From positions 1,344,001 through 1,408,000 of the forward strand of contig CAVWPA010000003.1 of the NCBI GenBank assembly GCA_963756875.1: a stretch of 64,000 nucleotides of DNA, written 5' to 3'. The notes under the pieces were generated by a model. It was not told the origin of the DNA. It did no database searches and saw nothing but the letters and a program-made list of their open reading frames with translations. This document shows positions 38,144 to 47,628 of the stretch, in pieces (position 1 is the stretch's first letter; each line of letters opens with the position of its first letter). The position numbers were made by a program, and so were the translations under genes. Origin of the DNA: an uncultured Verrucomicrobiae bacterium. Its GTDB lineage: Bacteria; Verrucomicrobiota; Verrucomicrobiia; Chthoniobacterales; UBA10450.

Positions 38144-39829
38144 ATGAGCGACGAGCGTAGCACGGATTTTGAAAATTTTGACGAGGGCGCGCGCGATCTC
38201 TCGCTTCTGGGACGATTCGATCGTTTGATCGCTTTGCTTCCACCGGGCGATCCGATTCGTCGCGAACTGCTCGATCTGCGGCCGGATATTGCCGAGGAAC
38301 AGGAGACGATCGTCGAGGCGCGCCAGATGATTGAGAAGCTCGAGGAAGTGGTCAAGAAGGTCACGTCGCCCGCCAATCGCATCGGCACGTTCCTCGGGGC
38401 GACGACGCCCGATACCGCGCACATCGTGGTCGGCGGCGCGGATTATTATTGCAATGTCGATCCGCGCATTCCGCTGGCGAAATTGAAAAAGGGGACGCGC
38501 GTGCTGGTGAACGAGGCGTTCGTGATTGTTGGCGACCTCGGTTTTGAAACGGCCGGCCCGGTCACGAAGATCACCGAGGTGCTGGGCAAAGACCGGCTGC
38601 GCGTCGGGTCGGAGCACGGCACGCAGTCGATGGTGCTGCAACGCTCGTCCGATCTGGCGGCTTCGACTTTGAAATCTGGCGACGAAGTGCGTGTCGATTC
38701 AAATTATCGAATGGCGCTGGAGATGCTCTCCAGCACAAAATCGCACGAGCATTATCTCGACGTTGTGCCCGACTTGCCGTGGGAAAAAGTCGGCGGCCAG
38801 GAACAGGCGCTCCAGGGCATCAAGGACGCAATCGAGCTGCCGCTCCTGCACGCCGATCTATTTGAAAGGTTTCAGCACGCTACGCCGAAAGGTTTTCTTC
38901 TCTACGGCCCGCCCGGTTGCGGCAAGACGCTCATCGGCAAAGCGACAGCTTACAATTTGACGAAGCAACTGCGCGAAAAGACCGGGGAGCAGATGCATGA
39001 ATATTTCATGCACGTAAAAGGGCCGGAGATCCTGAACATGTGGGTGGGCGAATCCGAACGCATGGTGCGCGAAATCTTCGCGACCGCGCGTGAGAAACGC
39101 CGTGAAGGGTTCATGCCGTTCCTGTTCATCGATGAAGCGGAATCGATTCTCGGGACCCGCCGTGCGTCGCGTTATTCGAACATTCTTTCCACGCTCGTGC
39201 CGATGTTCTGCTCCGAGATGGATGGGATCGATTCGTTGAACGACGTGGTGATTATTCTCGCGTCGAATCGCGCGGACCTGATCGATCCCGCCATTCTGCG
39301 GCCGGGTCGGATCGATCGCAAAATCAAGGTGACCCGTCCAAATCGCGAAGGGGCGCGCGAGATTTACCGCATTTATCTCACGGACAATCTGCCGTACGAC
39401 GGCGTGCTGGCGAAAGAGGCCGACAATATCGGCGCAGCGGTGGGCAAATTGGTCGATCGTTTCGTTGATTGGCAATTCGCCCGGCGCGACGAGAACAAAT
39501 TTCTCGAAGTCACGTTCCGCAGCGGCCGCAAAGAAATGCTGTATCGCAGCGATCTGATCAGCGGCGCGATCATTGCCTCAATCGTCGAGCGGGCGAAGGC
39601 CATGGCGATTAAACGCTCGATTGCTTCCGGCCAGTCGGAGGGTATCACCGAGGGCGATCTCCAGTTGGCATTCAATGCGGAGTACGTCGAGAACGATATT
39701 TTCCCAACAACCGACATTACGGAAGATTGGCTCAAGCTCATCGATTACGATCCCGAGAACGTGGTCAAGATTTCGCCCGTAAAGCGAATCGACGAGTCGC
39801 GGTCACGCGGGGCATCGGGAGTTATTTAA
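38144..39829 (+). CDS. arc: Proteasome-associated AAA ATPase (ARC/Mpa family)
   Basis: N-terminal coiled coil, GFLLYGPPGCGKT, VKGPEILNMWVGESER, SNRADLIDPAILRPGRID, SGAIIASIVERAK; adjacent to dop. Confidence 0.92.
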   Translation: MSDERSTDFENFDEGARDLSLLGRFDRLIALLPPGDPIRRELLDLRPDIAEEQETIVEARQMIEKLEEVVKKVTSPANRIGTFLGATTPDTAHIVVGGADYYCNVDPRIPLAKLKKGTRVLVNEAFVIVGDLGFETAGPVTKITEVLGKDRLRVGSEHGTQSMVLQRSSDLAASTLKSGDEVRVDSNYRMALEMLSSTKSHEHYLDVVPDLPWEKVGGQEQALQGIKDAIELPLLHADLFERFQHATPKGFLLYGPPGCGKTLIGKATAYNLTKQLREKTGEQMHEYFMHVKGPEILNMWVGESERMVREIFATAREKRREGFMPFLFIDEAESILGTRRASRYSNILSTLVPMFCSEMDGIDSLNDVVIILASNRADLIDPAILRPGRIDRKIKVTRPNREGAREIYRIYLTDNLPYDGVLAKEADNIGAAVGKLVDRFVDWQFARRDENKFLEVTFRSGRKEMLYRSDLISGAIIASIVERAKAMAIKRSIASGQSEGITEGDLQLAFNAEYVENDIFPTTDITEDWLKLIDYDPENVVKISPVKRIDESRSRGASGVI

Positions 39830-39950
39830 GGCGGAATATCTGCCACAGATGGACACCAGCCTACGCTCGGCTCCGGCCCGGCATGCAGATCTTCACAGAT
39901 TTGTCCTTATCCGTGTCGAATCTGTGTAAATCCGTGGCGGGATTTTTTTC

Positions 39951-41474
39951 ATGAAACGCGTTTTTGGTCTCGAGACGGAATACGGTATCACCGTGAACGG
40001 CGCGGAGATTGTGGACGTAGTCGCGGAATCCATCGAACTGGTGCGGCATTATACCGATCACGGTGCGCTGATGAAATGGGACTACGAACTGGAAGATCCG
40101 CACCAGGACGCGCGCGGATTTCGCGCCAAGGCGCTTCTCCAGGACACGGACGAATCGGCCTATTACGAGATCGACAAGAACCGGCCGTTGAGTTTCGAGG
40201 AAATTAAAAGCGACCTGGTTCTTTCAAACGGGGCCCGTTTCTATAACGACCACGCACATCCGGAGTATTCCACACCGGAGTGCACAACCCTTCATGAGAT
40301 CATTTCACAGGACAAAGCAGGCGAGCGCATCCTGGCGGAGTGCGCGCGTCGCCGAAATCTAAAACAGGCGGACGGTTACGAAGTTCGTCTTTACAAGAAC
40401 AACACCGATTTTGTCGGACACAGCTATGGATGCCACGACAATTATCTGATGCGCCGGGAGGTTCCGTGGGACCGCATTGTCACTTCCATTCTCCCGTTTC
40501 TAGTTACGCGTCAGATTTTTGCCGGCGCCGGAAAGATGGGTATCGAGGCCGAGAGCGTGGCGAGTCAGCCGGGCATCTATCAAATTTCGCAACGCGCGGA
40601 TTTCTTCAGTGTGGTGGTGAGCATCGACACCATGAACCGGCGGCCTCTTATTAATACGCGCGACGAGCCGCACGTCGACGCCAGCCGGTACCGGCGACTC
40701 CATGTCATCCTCGGAGACTCAAACATGAGCGAATGGGCCACAGCGATGAAAATCGGGACAACAGCTTTGGTGCTCGATCTGATCGAGTGCGGTGAAGCGC
40801 CCCAGCTCGAAATCGCGCAACCGGTCGATGCGAACAAATCGATCGGTCGCGATCAGAACTACGACTGGATCATCGAACTGCGGGATGGCCGCAAAATCTC
40901 GGCCATCGATGTGCAGCGGATTTATTTGCGCGCGGCTGCGCGGAGTGCCAGCCAGTTCAACGACGACGATCGGCAATGGATTCTGCGCGAATGGGAGAAC
41001 GTGCTCAACGATTTGGAGCGGGACGTCATGTCAACGCGCGATCGCGTCGACTGGGCGGCCAAAAAATTTCTGCTCAATGCATTGCAGGACGAAGAGAAGC
41101 TTTCCTGGAGCGATCCCTGGCTGCAATCGATCGATCTCGAATATCACAACGTCGATTTTGAGCGCGGACTGTATTACGAGCTGCTCAGGCAGGGGGCAAT
41201 TCGCCGCATCGTAAGCGAGGAGGAAATCAAGTCGGCGATCTTCAATCCGCCCGAAACGACACGCGCTTTTTTCCGTGGTCGCTCGGTGGCGCGTTTTAAC
41301 GATGAGATCGCTTCCATTCAATGGGATGAGATTGTGTTTGCGACGAATTCGCAATCACATCGTGTCGTGCTTCCCGAAGCTTCCGCCAACGCGCGCCTCG
41401 ACGCGCTGAATCGCGCCGCGCAAAACGGGAAAGATTTTTCCGAATTCATGAGCGCAATCGGCGCGATTGGGTGA
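39951..41474 (+). CDS. dop: Dop-type depupylase/deamidase (PafA2 family)
   Basis: GLETEYG, WDYELEDPHQDARGF (Dop loop), NGARFYNDHAHPEYSTPEC, YKNNTD, NTRDEPH, TRAFFRG. Confidence 0.88.
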   Translation: MKRVFGLETEYGITVNGAEIVDVVAESIELVRHYTDHGALMKWDYELEDPHQDARGFRAKALLQDTDESAYYEIDKNRPLSFEEIKSDLVLSNGARFYNDHAHPEYSTPECTTLHEIISQDKAGERILAECARRRNLKQADGYEVRLYKNNTDFVGHSYGCHDNYLMRREVPWDRIVTSILPFLVTRQIFAGAGKMGIEAESVASQPGIYQISQRADFFSVVVSIDTMNRRPLINTRDEPHVDASRYRRLHVILGDSNMSEWATAMKIGTTALVLDLIECGEAPQLEIAQPVDANKSIGRDQNYDWIIELRDGRKISAIDVQRIYLRAAARSASQFNDDDRQWILREWENVLNDLERDVMSTRDRVDWAAKKFLLNALQDEEKLSWSDPWLQSIDLEYHNVDFERGLYYELLRQGAIRRIVSEEEIKSAIFNPPETTRAFFRGRSVARFNDEIASIQWDEIVFATNSQSHRVVLPEASANARLDALNRAAQNGKDFSEFMSAIGAIG

Positions 41475-41475
41475 T

Positions 41476-41533
41476 GGAGGGATACGCGCCGTCGTGTCCC
41501 AAATATTTGGGCGCCGACGGCGCGGCGCCCTCC
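41476..41533. repeat. REP palindrome flanking RAYT (left)
   Basis: GGAGGG..CGCGCCGTCG..CCCAAATATTTGGG..CGACGGCGCG..CCCTCC. Confidence 0.85.
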
Positions 41534-41536
41534 AGG

Positions 41537-42013
41537 CTACCATTGAAGAATATTCAATTCTCCTTGGAATGGCCACTCGTTTGACTGGACGACGAGACCG
41601 GCGCGAACGGGATTTTCGACGACGTATTCCCATTTCGAATCATAATTCTCGTGCCGACGTAATTGGGTATCCCAAAAGTCGCGCTGCCAAATCGGATGCT
41701 CCTTGATGCGCGGCCAATGCCTGGACGCCAGATTTTTCCAGTAACGAACCCACTGTTTCAACGGTTCGCGGGGGAAAACGCCGGGTGCACAGAAAAGATG
41801 AATGTGATCCGGCATTATGACATAACGGCCCACAAGCCATGATCTTGAGTTCATCCAAGCATCGACGATTATTTGAGCAATATCTGGCGAATCAAAGATC
41901 CTTTTTCGATCTTTGCTGCAAACCGTAAGGAAAATGATTGTCGGCTGATTGTGTCTTTCAGCACTGGGCATGTGCGCTGGGTGCCTGCGACCAGCCTCGG
42001 GTTGGTGATCCAT
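41537..42013 (-). mobile_element. REP-associated tyrosine transposase (RAYT, Y1/HUH)
   Basis: FLTVC, YVIMPDHIHLF, WQRDFWD, YVVENPVRAGLV; palindromic repeats on both sides. Confidence 0.9.
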
Positions 42014-42015
42014 TC

Positions 42016-42072
42016 GGAGGAAGGTGCCCGTCGTGTCCCAAATATTTGGGCGCCGACGGCGCGGCGCCCTCC
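42016..42072. repeat. REP palindrome flanking RAYT (right, direct orientation)
   Basis: CCGTCGTGTCCCAAATATTTGGGCGCCGACGGCGCGGCGCCCTCC identical to left copy. Confidence 0.85.
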
Positions 42073-42076
42073 AAAA

Positions 42077-44629
42077 TTACGACCAGGTGATCAGGCGCAG
42101 TTCGTGTTCTTGCATGAGATGCGGATGGACGGGGACGACACGCACACTGAACCCATAAGCACCGCTTTCGGATGCGGGCACCTGCCCGTTGTAAATGTAG
42201 CTCCCGTCTCCGTTCCGGCCGCTCTCGTTGAGAATAGTGACCGTAGGATTTTTTACGCCTCCGTTGTCAACCTCGCCGTGATAGGCCTCCACCCGCACGT
42301 TTTGCGGGTCGACTCCGCCGAGATGGACCCGCGCGCTCACCTGCAACGATTCGCCAACCAAAACGTTTTGCCGATCCTTGTTCCCGATCTGCACATCGTG
42401 AATCTGCACCTGCGACCAGTCTTTTCGGATTTTCGATTTCCACTGGCTCAAATTCGTGGCGGCTGCGGAACCGTCGCGCGCGAAATCGCCGTACGATTTC
42501 GCGGCGGGAATGTAAAGCCGCTCCGCGTATTCCTTGACCATTCGGTGGGTGTTGAAGACCGGCGTGACGCTCCGAATCGATTCGCGCATCAACTGGAGCC
42601 AGGCGAGGGGAAGTTTGCCGTCGGGCTTTGCGTAATAGAGCGGAATGATCTGGTTCTCGAGCAACTGGTAGAGACTGCTGGCGTCTACCTCGTTTTGAAA
42701 TTCAATCGTCCCATCGGAAATCTCCGAGCCGATGGCCCAGCCGTTATTGCCGTTGTAACCTTCCGCCCACCAGCCATCGAGCACGCTGAGGTTGAGTCCG
42801 CCGTTCGGCGCCATCTTCATTCCGCTGGTTCCGCTCGCTTCCATCGGGCGCAGCGGATTGTTCAGCCAGAGATCGACACCCTGCACGAGCCTCCGCGCGA
42901 TGTAACTGTCGTAGTCTTCCACAAAAACGATGCGGTTTTCGAACCCGGTTTCGCGACTGAATTGATAGACTTCCTGAATGAGCGCCTTGCCCGCTTCGTC
43001 GCGCGGGTGCGCTTTGCCGGCAAAGATAAATTGTACCGGCCGGGAAGTGTCGTTGAGCATTCGCTTGAGCCGTTCTGTATCGGTGAATAAGAGCGTGGCG
43101 CGTTTATAAGTGGCGAAGCGGCGCGCGAAACCAATGGTCAGAATTTCCGGATCGAGAATGTGATTTACGTCGCGGATCGCCTCGGGCGATGCTCCGATGC
43201 GCTCGCAACGCGCCCGTACTCGTTCGCGCACGAACTGGACGAGGCGCAGCTTTAATCTCTGGTGCGTTTCCCAAAGCTGCGCGTCCGGAATATCCATGAC
43301 GCGCCGCCAGAAATCGGGCTCGGTAAGATGTTCCTCCCAATCACCGAGATGCTTCCGGTAGAGCGCCGAGAACTCGGGAGCCATCCAGGTTTTTGTGTGA
43401 ATTCCGTTTGTAATGCTGGTGATGGGGACTTCATGTGTCGGCACGCCGGCCCAGACATCTTTCCAGAGCAAACGGCTGACTTCGCCGTGCAGTTTGCTTA
43501 CGCCGTTTGCGTGGCGGCTCAGCCGCAAAGCGAGAATAGTCATGCTGAACGGATCGTTCTGATCGAGGCGCGTTTGGCCGAAGGAAAGCAGTTCGTCGAA
43601 TGGAAGCCCGAGTTCCTTCGCGAAGTCGCCGAAATATTTCTTCATCATCTCGCGCGAGAAGGAATCGTTCCCCGCGGGAACGGGAGTATGTGTGGTAAAA
43701 ACGTTCGCCGCCGCTACGACCTGAAGGGCGGAGTAAAAGTCGAGCTTCTTCTCAACGACGTTCAACCGAATGCGTTCCAGCGCGAGAAAAGCCGAGTGGC
43801 CTTCGTTCATATGAAACACTTCGGCGTCGATCCCGAGCGCGCTGAGCGTTTTCACCCCGCCGATGCCAAGAATAAGCTCCTGCCGCATCCGCATTTCCAG
43901 ATCGCCGCCGTAAAGTTCAGCCGTGATCAGGCGATCCTCCGCGTTGTTCTCCGGCGTATCGGTGTCGAGCAAATAGAGATTGATGCGGCCGACCTGGAGT
44001 TGCCAGACCTTGGCGAAAATGTCCCGGTCCAGAATTCGAACCGGGATGAGCAAATTGCCGTCGCCACGTTGCACCTCGCGGATCGGCAAATGGTGAAAAT
44101 TCTGGTTCAGACTGATCGCCTGTTGCGCGCCTTCCTTGTCGATCTCCTGCTTAAAATAACCGTGCCGGTAGAGGAGCCCGATGGCGACAAAGTTGAGATC
44201 GAGATCACTGGCCGATTTGCAATGGTCACCGGCGAGAATGCCGAGGCCGCCGGAATAATTCGGGATCGATTCGTGAAAGCCGAACTCCGCAGAAAAATAC
44301 GCGATCGGTTTCTTGATGGCGTTGCCGGCGCCTGTTTTTCCGTAAGTATCGGTGCGCGCCAGATAATTGTTAAATGCGTTGTGAACTTCCTTGAGGTCGC
44401 GCAGGAACGTTTTGTCCTGCGCGGCTTCCTCGAGCCGCGCCTGCCGCGAAAGTTGGAGCATGCGGACCGGATTATGATTGGTGCGATCCCAAAGATCGGG
44501 GTCGAGTTGCCGAAAGAGGCGCCGCGCTGAAGGCTCCCATGTCCACCAGAGATTCAGAGTAATCTCGCGCAACGGCTCCAGCGCCTTCGGCAGGGTCGGG
44601 ATGACGTTATAAATTTGAAATGTAGGCAT
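42077..44629 (-). CDS. glgP: Alpha-glucan (glycogen/starch) phosphorylase
   Basis: YFSAEFG, YSGGLGILAGDH, HMNEGH, GFARRFATYKR, EASGTSGMK. Confidence 0.95.
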   Translation of the reverse strand: MPTFQIYNVIPTLPKALEPLREITLNLWWTWEPSARRLFRQLDPDLWDRTNHNPVRMLQLSRQARLEEAAQDKTFLRDLKEVHNAFNNYLARTDTYGKTGAGNAIKKPIAYFSAEFGFHESIPNYSGGLGILAGDHCKSASDLDLNFVAIGLLYRHGYFKQEIDKEGAQQAISLNQNFHHLPIREVQRGDGNLLIPVRILDRDIFAKVWQLQVGRINLYLLDTDTPENNAEDRLITAELYGGDLEMRMRQELILGIGGVKTLSALGIDAEVFHMNEGHSAFLALERIRLNVVEKKLDFYSALQVVAAANVFTTHTPVPAGNDSFSREMMKKYFGDFAKELGLPFDELLSFGQTRLDQNDPFSMTILALRLSRHANGVSKLHGEVSRLLWKDVWAGVPTHEVPITSITNGIHTKTWMAPEFSALYRKHLGDWEEHLTEPDFWRRVMDIPDAQLWETHQRLKLRLVQFVRERVRARCERIGASPEAIRDVNHILDPEILTIGFARRFATYKRATLLFTDTERLKRMLNDTSRPVQFIFAGKAHPRDEAGKALIQEVYQFSRETGFENRIVFVEDYDSYIARRLVQGVDLWLNNPLRPMEASGTSGMKMAPNGGLNLSVLDGWWAEGYNGNNGWAIGSEISDGTIEFQNEVDASSLYQLLENQIIPLYYAKPDGKLPLAWLQLMRESIRSVTPVFNTHRMVKEYAERLYIPAAKSYGDFARDGSAAATNLSQWKSKIRKDWSQVQIHDVQIGNKDRQNVLVGESLQVSARVHLGGVDPQNVRVEAYHGEVDNGGVKNPTVTILNESGRNGDGSYIYNGQVPASESGAYGFSVRVVPVHPHLMQEHELRLITWS

Positions 44630-44981
44630 GTGCCGGAGCGACGTGGAAATTCAGCGGGATTTTGTCAGGAAAATGCCGGGCCGCAAGTGCATGGAAGATA
44701 TCGAGCTGGACGCGATTTTGCGAACTGACCCGGAGACATCGATTTGGTTCCTTACTTTATGCCAAAGAAGACCCGCGGCAAACAGGGGAAAATCCTCGCA
44801 TCTGAAAGAAAGTATGCGCGTGGGAAACATGACCGGATTCTCCTGTTGCATAACACGGGCCAATTTTGGCGGTGGAAGTGATTTGTTGAATGGTTACAAG
44901 GTTAAAATGGGGCCGGAAGGCTGACCCATTTAACATTGTAACCTTTTTAACGTTTTAAACTGCCCGACAAATCGCTTCCAG

Positions 44982-45989
44982 TCAGATCGCCATCCGCCTT
45001 TTCGGCGCGATGATGAGGCCGACAACAAATCCAGTGATCAATCCGCAGATGTGCGCTCCCATGCTGACTTCGGGCGTGGAAATATCGAAGGCCGTCTGGA
45101 TCGCGACAATCAGCAGGATATTGAGCAACCGTTCCTTGGCTCGCGGCGCGTAGCGATGCCTGACGAAAAACGCGGCCCACGCGCCCACGATTCCCATGAT
45201 GCATCCGGACGCGCCAATGAGTTCGCCCGGGCGAGTCAGGTGGAGAACAGTCAACACGAGTACACCGGTAGTCGACCCGAGGCCCGAGATGAGGTAACAG
45301 ATGGCAAAGCGCGCCGTGCCGATCGTTCTTTCCAGCGACGGTCCGAGGACGTAGAGGGCGAAGAGGTTAAAAAGAATATGAATGAAATTGTAATGCAAAA
45401 AACAGGCGCTCAGCAGCCGCCAGTATTCATGGGTGATGAGGACCGAAGGATCGAGCGCGCCGAGACGGTATAACCCCAGGGGGCTATTCCAGCTTCTTCG
45501 CGAAATCTCAATGAGAAACATGATTACGTTGAGAGAAGCAAAAACCAAAACAGCGGGCGCGTTAGTCAGGTGCGAAGACCGACCCGGCAACGCACTGTTT
45601 GAAGGAACAGGCGAGGGGGGAACAAGACCGGCGTGCTGTTTTGCTTCCAACGAGCGCAGCAGTTGCACTTGATCGCGCAATTCAGCGGTGGGATGCAACA
45701 CCTGAAGAAGCACCGCGAGTTTTCGTGCCGATTCGTAACGGCGTTGCGCGAACAGGTCGGTTACCTTCCGCAATCCGATTGCCGGAAGAAACAGAAGCAC
45801 GAACCAGGCGCCGCCGCCGATGTAGCCGGCATGGCCGGGAAAAAACATCCATGACGCGGCGGTGATTGCCAGGACGGTCACCGCGGCGATACGCCAGCCT
45901 CGATGTCCTCCGCCTGGGCGCCAGGCGCGGCCCAGGACGAGCAACGGCGAAATGACGGCAACGAAAAGAAAAACGTGATTCAGGTCCAC
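44982..45989 (-). CDS. Rhomboid family intramembrane serine protease
   Basis: EYWRLL..FLH..HILFN, GASG, AHICG. Confidence 0.92.
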   Translation of the reverse strand: MDLNHVFLFVAVISPLLVLGRAWRPGGGHRGWRIAAVTVLAITAASWMFFPGHAGYIGGGAWFVLLFLPAIGLRKVTDLFAQRRYESARKLAVLLQVLHPTAELRDQVQLLRSLEAKQHAGLVPPSPVPSNSALPGRSSHLTNAPAVLVFASLNVIMFLIEISRRSWNSPLGLYRLGALDPSVLITHEYWRLLSACFLHYNFIHILFNLFALYVLGPSLERTIGTARFAICYLISGLGSTTGVLVLTVLHLTRPGELIGASGCIMGIVGAWAAFFVRHRYAPRAKERLLNILLIVAIQTAFDISTPEVSMGAHICGLITGFVVGLIIAPKRRMAI

Positions 45990-46096
45990 GATGGCGTTAA
46001 GAAGTTACAATAGTTACATTGTTACAATGTTCGGGTCATGTGTTCTTCTTCTCGCTTTTAATCTTGTAACTGTTGTAACTTTTTTAACATTCAAAC

Positions 46097-46756
46097 ATGC
46101 GAATCAGCGTCACGTATTATCTTGATGTGATTTCTTCCTGGTGTTTTTGGGCCGAACCGGCGTGGGCGCAGTTGAAAGAGCGTTATGAAGGAAGGGTGGA
46201 ATTCCAGTGGAAAATCGCGCTGATGGACAAATCCGGTCTTCCCACATCCGAGGAGCAACATCAATGGTTTTACCGGCGCAGCGGCGTGATCATGGGATCT
46301 CCGTTCATGCTGAGTACCGCCTGGTGCGACCATTCAGAACCTGAATTGTTGGCGCCAAATTGCGTCGCAGTGGCGGCGAAGGATTTTGGAATCACCGACG
46401 ACCGGGTCCGATTGGCGATCGCGTATGCGGGATTGCGCGAGGGTGAAAGGGTGGGCGAGTGGGAAGTGGCGGCGACGATCGGGGCGCGGGTGGGCGACAT
46501 CGATGTGAAGGAGTTGCTCGAGCGCGCGCAATCGACGGTGGTGGAGGCGCGTGTGCGCGCGGACACGGCCGATTTCCATATGATGCAGGTGACGCAACGC
46601 CCCACGTTTGTGCTCGATAGCGAGATTGGGGACCGCGCGATCTTCTCCGGTTTCGCGAAGCTGGAACCGCTGGACGGAGCGCTGAAGGCGATGCTCGACG
46701 ATGCGGAAGCGTACACGGCGTACGCGGCGCATTTCGGTGGGCCGCCCCAAAACTAA
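46097..46756 (+). CDS. DsbA/FrnE-like thioredoxin-fold protein (SxxC)
   Basis: VTYYLDVISSWCFWAE; VTQRPTFV. Confidence 0.75.
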   Translation: MRISVTYYLDVISSWCFWAEPAWAQLKERYEGRVEFQWKIALMDKSGLPTSEEQHQWFYRRSGVIMGSPFMLSTAWCDHSEPELLAPNCVAVAAKDFGITDDRVRLAIAYAGLREGERVGEWEVAATIGARVGDIDVKELLERAQSTVVEARVRADTADFHMMQVTQRPTFVLDSEIGDRAIFSGFAKLEPLDGALKAMLDDAEAYTAYAAHFGGPPQN

Positions 46757-46840
46757 TCCCGATTGAGAATGGATCGGGGATTGCTAGATTACGACGACAA
46801 CAGATTCGCCTTGCCAGCAGCAAAAATGTTACCTACATGT

Positions 46841-46996
46841 TCCCCTCGGCCCGCGATAGTTAATGTGGGCAGGTCGCCGCGGTCATCGCAGCCGCGGCGA
46901 GACAGAGTGCTCAGCGTTTCGCCAGGGGTGACGCTGAGAATTGCGATGAACATAATTACGGCGATGCGGCGCACTCCCGTTTTGCCGGCCAGGAGA
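46841..46996 (+). ncRNA. Candidate structured RNA / infC leader
   Basis: Helices 46874-82/46892-900, 46883-91/46941-49, 46910-18/46930-38 and terminal CCT.GGCC/GGCCAGG covering the AGGAG RBS. Confidence 0.5.
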
Positions 46997-47006
46997 TCGA
47001 CTTAAT

Positions 47007-47594
47007 CTGCAACCACAATTTCGTGTAAACGGCCGGATTCGCGCTCGCGAAGTCCGGGTTATTATAGGAACGTCTGGTCAGCAACTGGGCGTCATGAAAT
47101 TAAGCGACGCCTTGCGTGAAGCTCAGGGTCGCGGCCTCGATCTGGTTGAGGTGGCGCCCACAGCCAATCCGCCCGTCTGTAAAATCGTGGCACTTGGAAA
47201 ATTCCGCTACGATCTGTCGAAGCACGACAAGGACAAAAAGCCGAGCGGGTCGAAACTGAAGGAAATCAAGTTTCGGGTAAACATCGACGAGCATGATTAT
47301 CTGACCAAGATTCGCCATGGCGAAGAATTTCTGGATCGCGGCAACAAAGTGCGGGTGCAGCTGCAATTTCGCGGCCGCGAGATGGCGCACCAGGAATTCG
47401 GGATGCAACTGATGGAAAAAGTGCGCGAGGATCTTTCCGGCATGTCCCAGGTGGAGATGGCGCCGAAGATTACCGGGCGCAATGTCACGATGACGTTAAC
47501 GCCGCTGCCGGTAAACAAGCGTAAAAGGCGATTCGCGCCGCCAGCCGAGGACGAGACGTCGCCCGACTCGCAAAAGAACGGCACCGCGGCGTAA
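47007..47594 (+). CDS. infC: Translation initiation factor IF-3 with non-canonical start (CTG 47007 proposed)
   Basis: RVNGRIRAREVRVI lies in frame upstream of the track ATG; LDLVEVAP.A.PPVCKI, KEIKFR, FRGRE. Confidence 0.92.
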   Translation: MQPQFRVNGRIRAREVRVIIGTSGQQLGVMKLSDALREAQGRGLDLVEVAPTANPPVCKIVALGKFRYDLSKHDKDKKPSGSKLKEIKFRVNIDEHDYLTKIRHGEEFLDRGNKVRVQLQFRGREMAHQEFGMQLMEKVREDLSGMSQVEMAPKITGRNVTMTLTPLPVNKRKRRFAPPAEDETSPDSQKNGTAA

Positions 47595-47628
47595 GCTGGC
47601 GCTTTGACCTGCTGAGCGCCAGGCGAAC

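Noticed and set aside
41873..44530. Long plus-strand ORFs (405 and 422 aa)
   Set aside because: Antisense shadows of glgP typical of GC-rich coding DNA; no recognisable motifs
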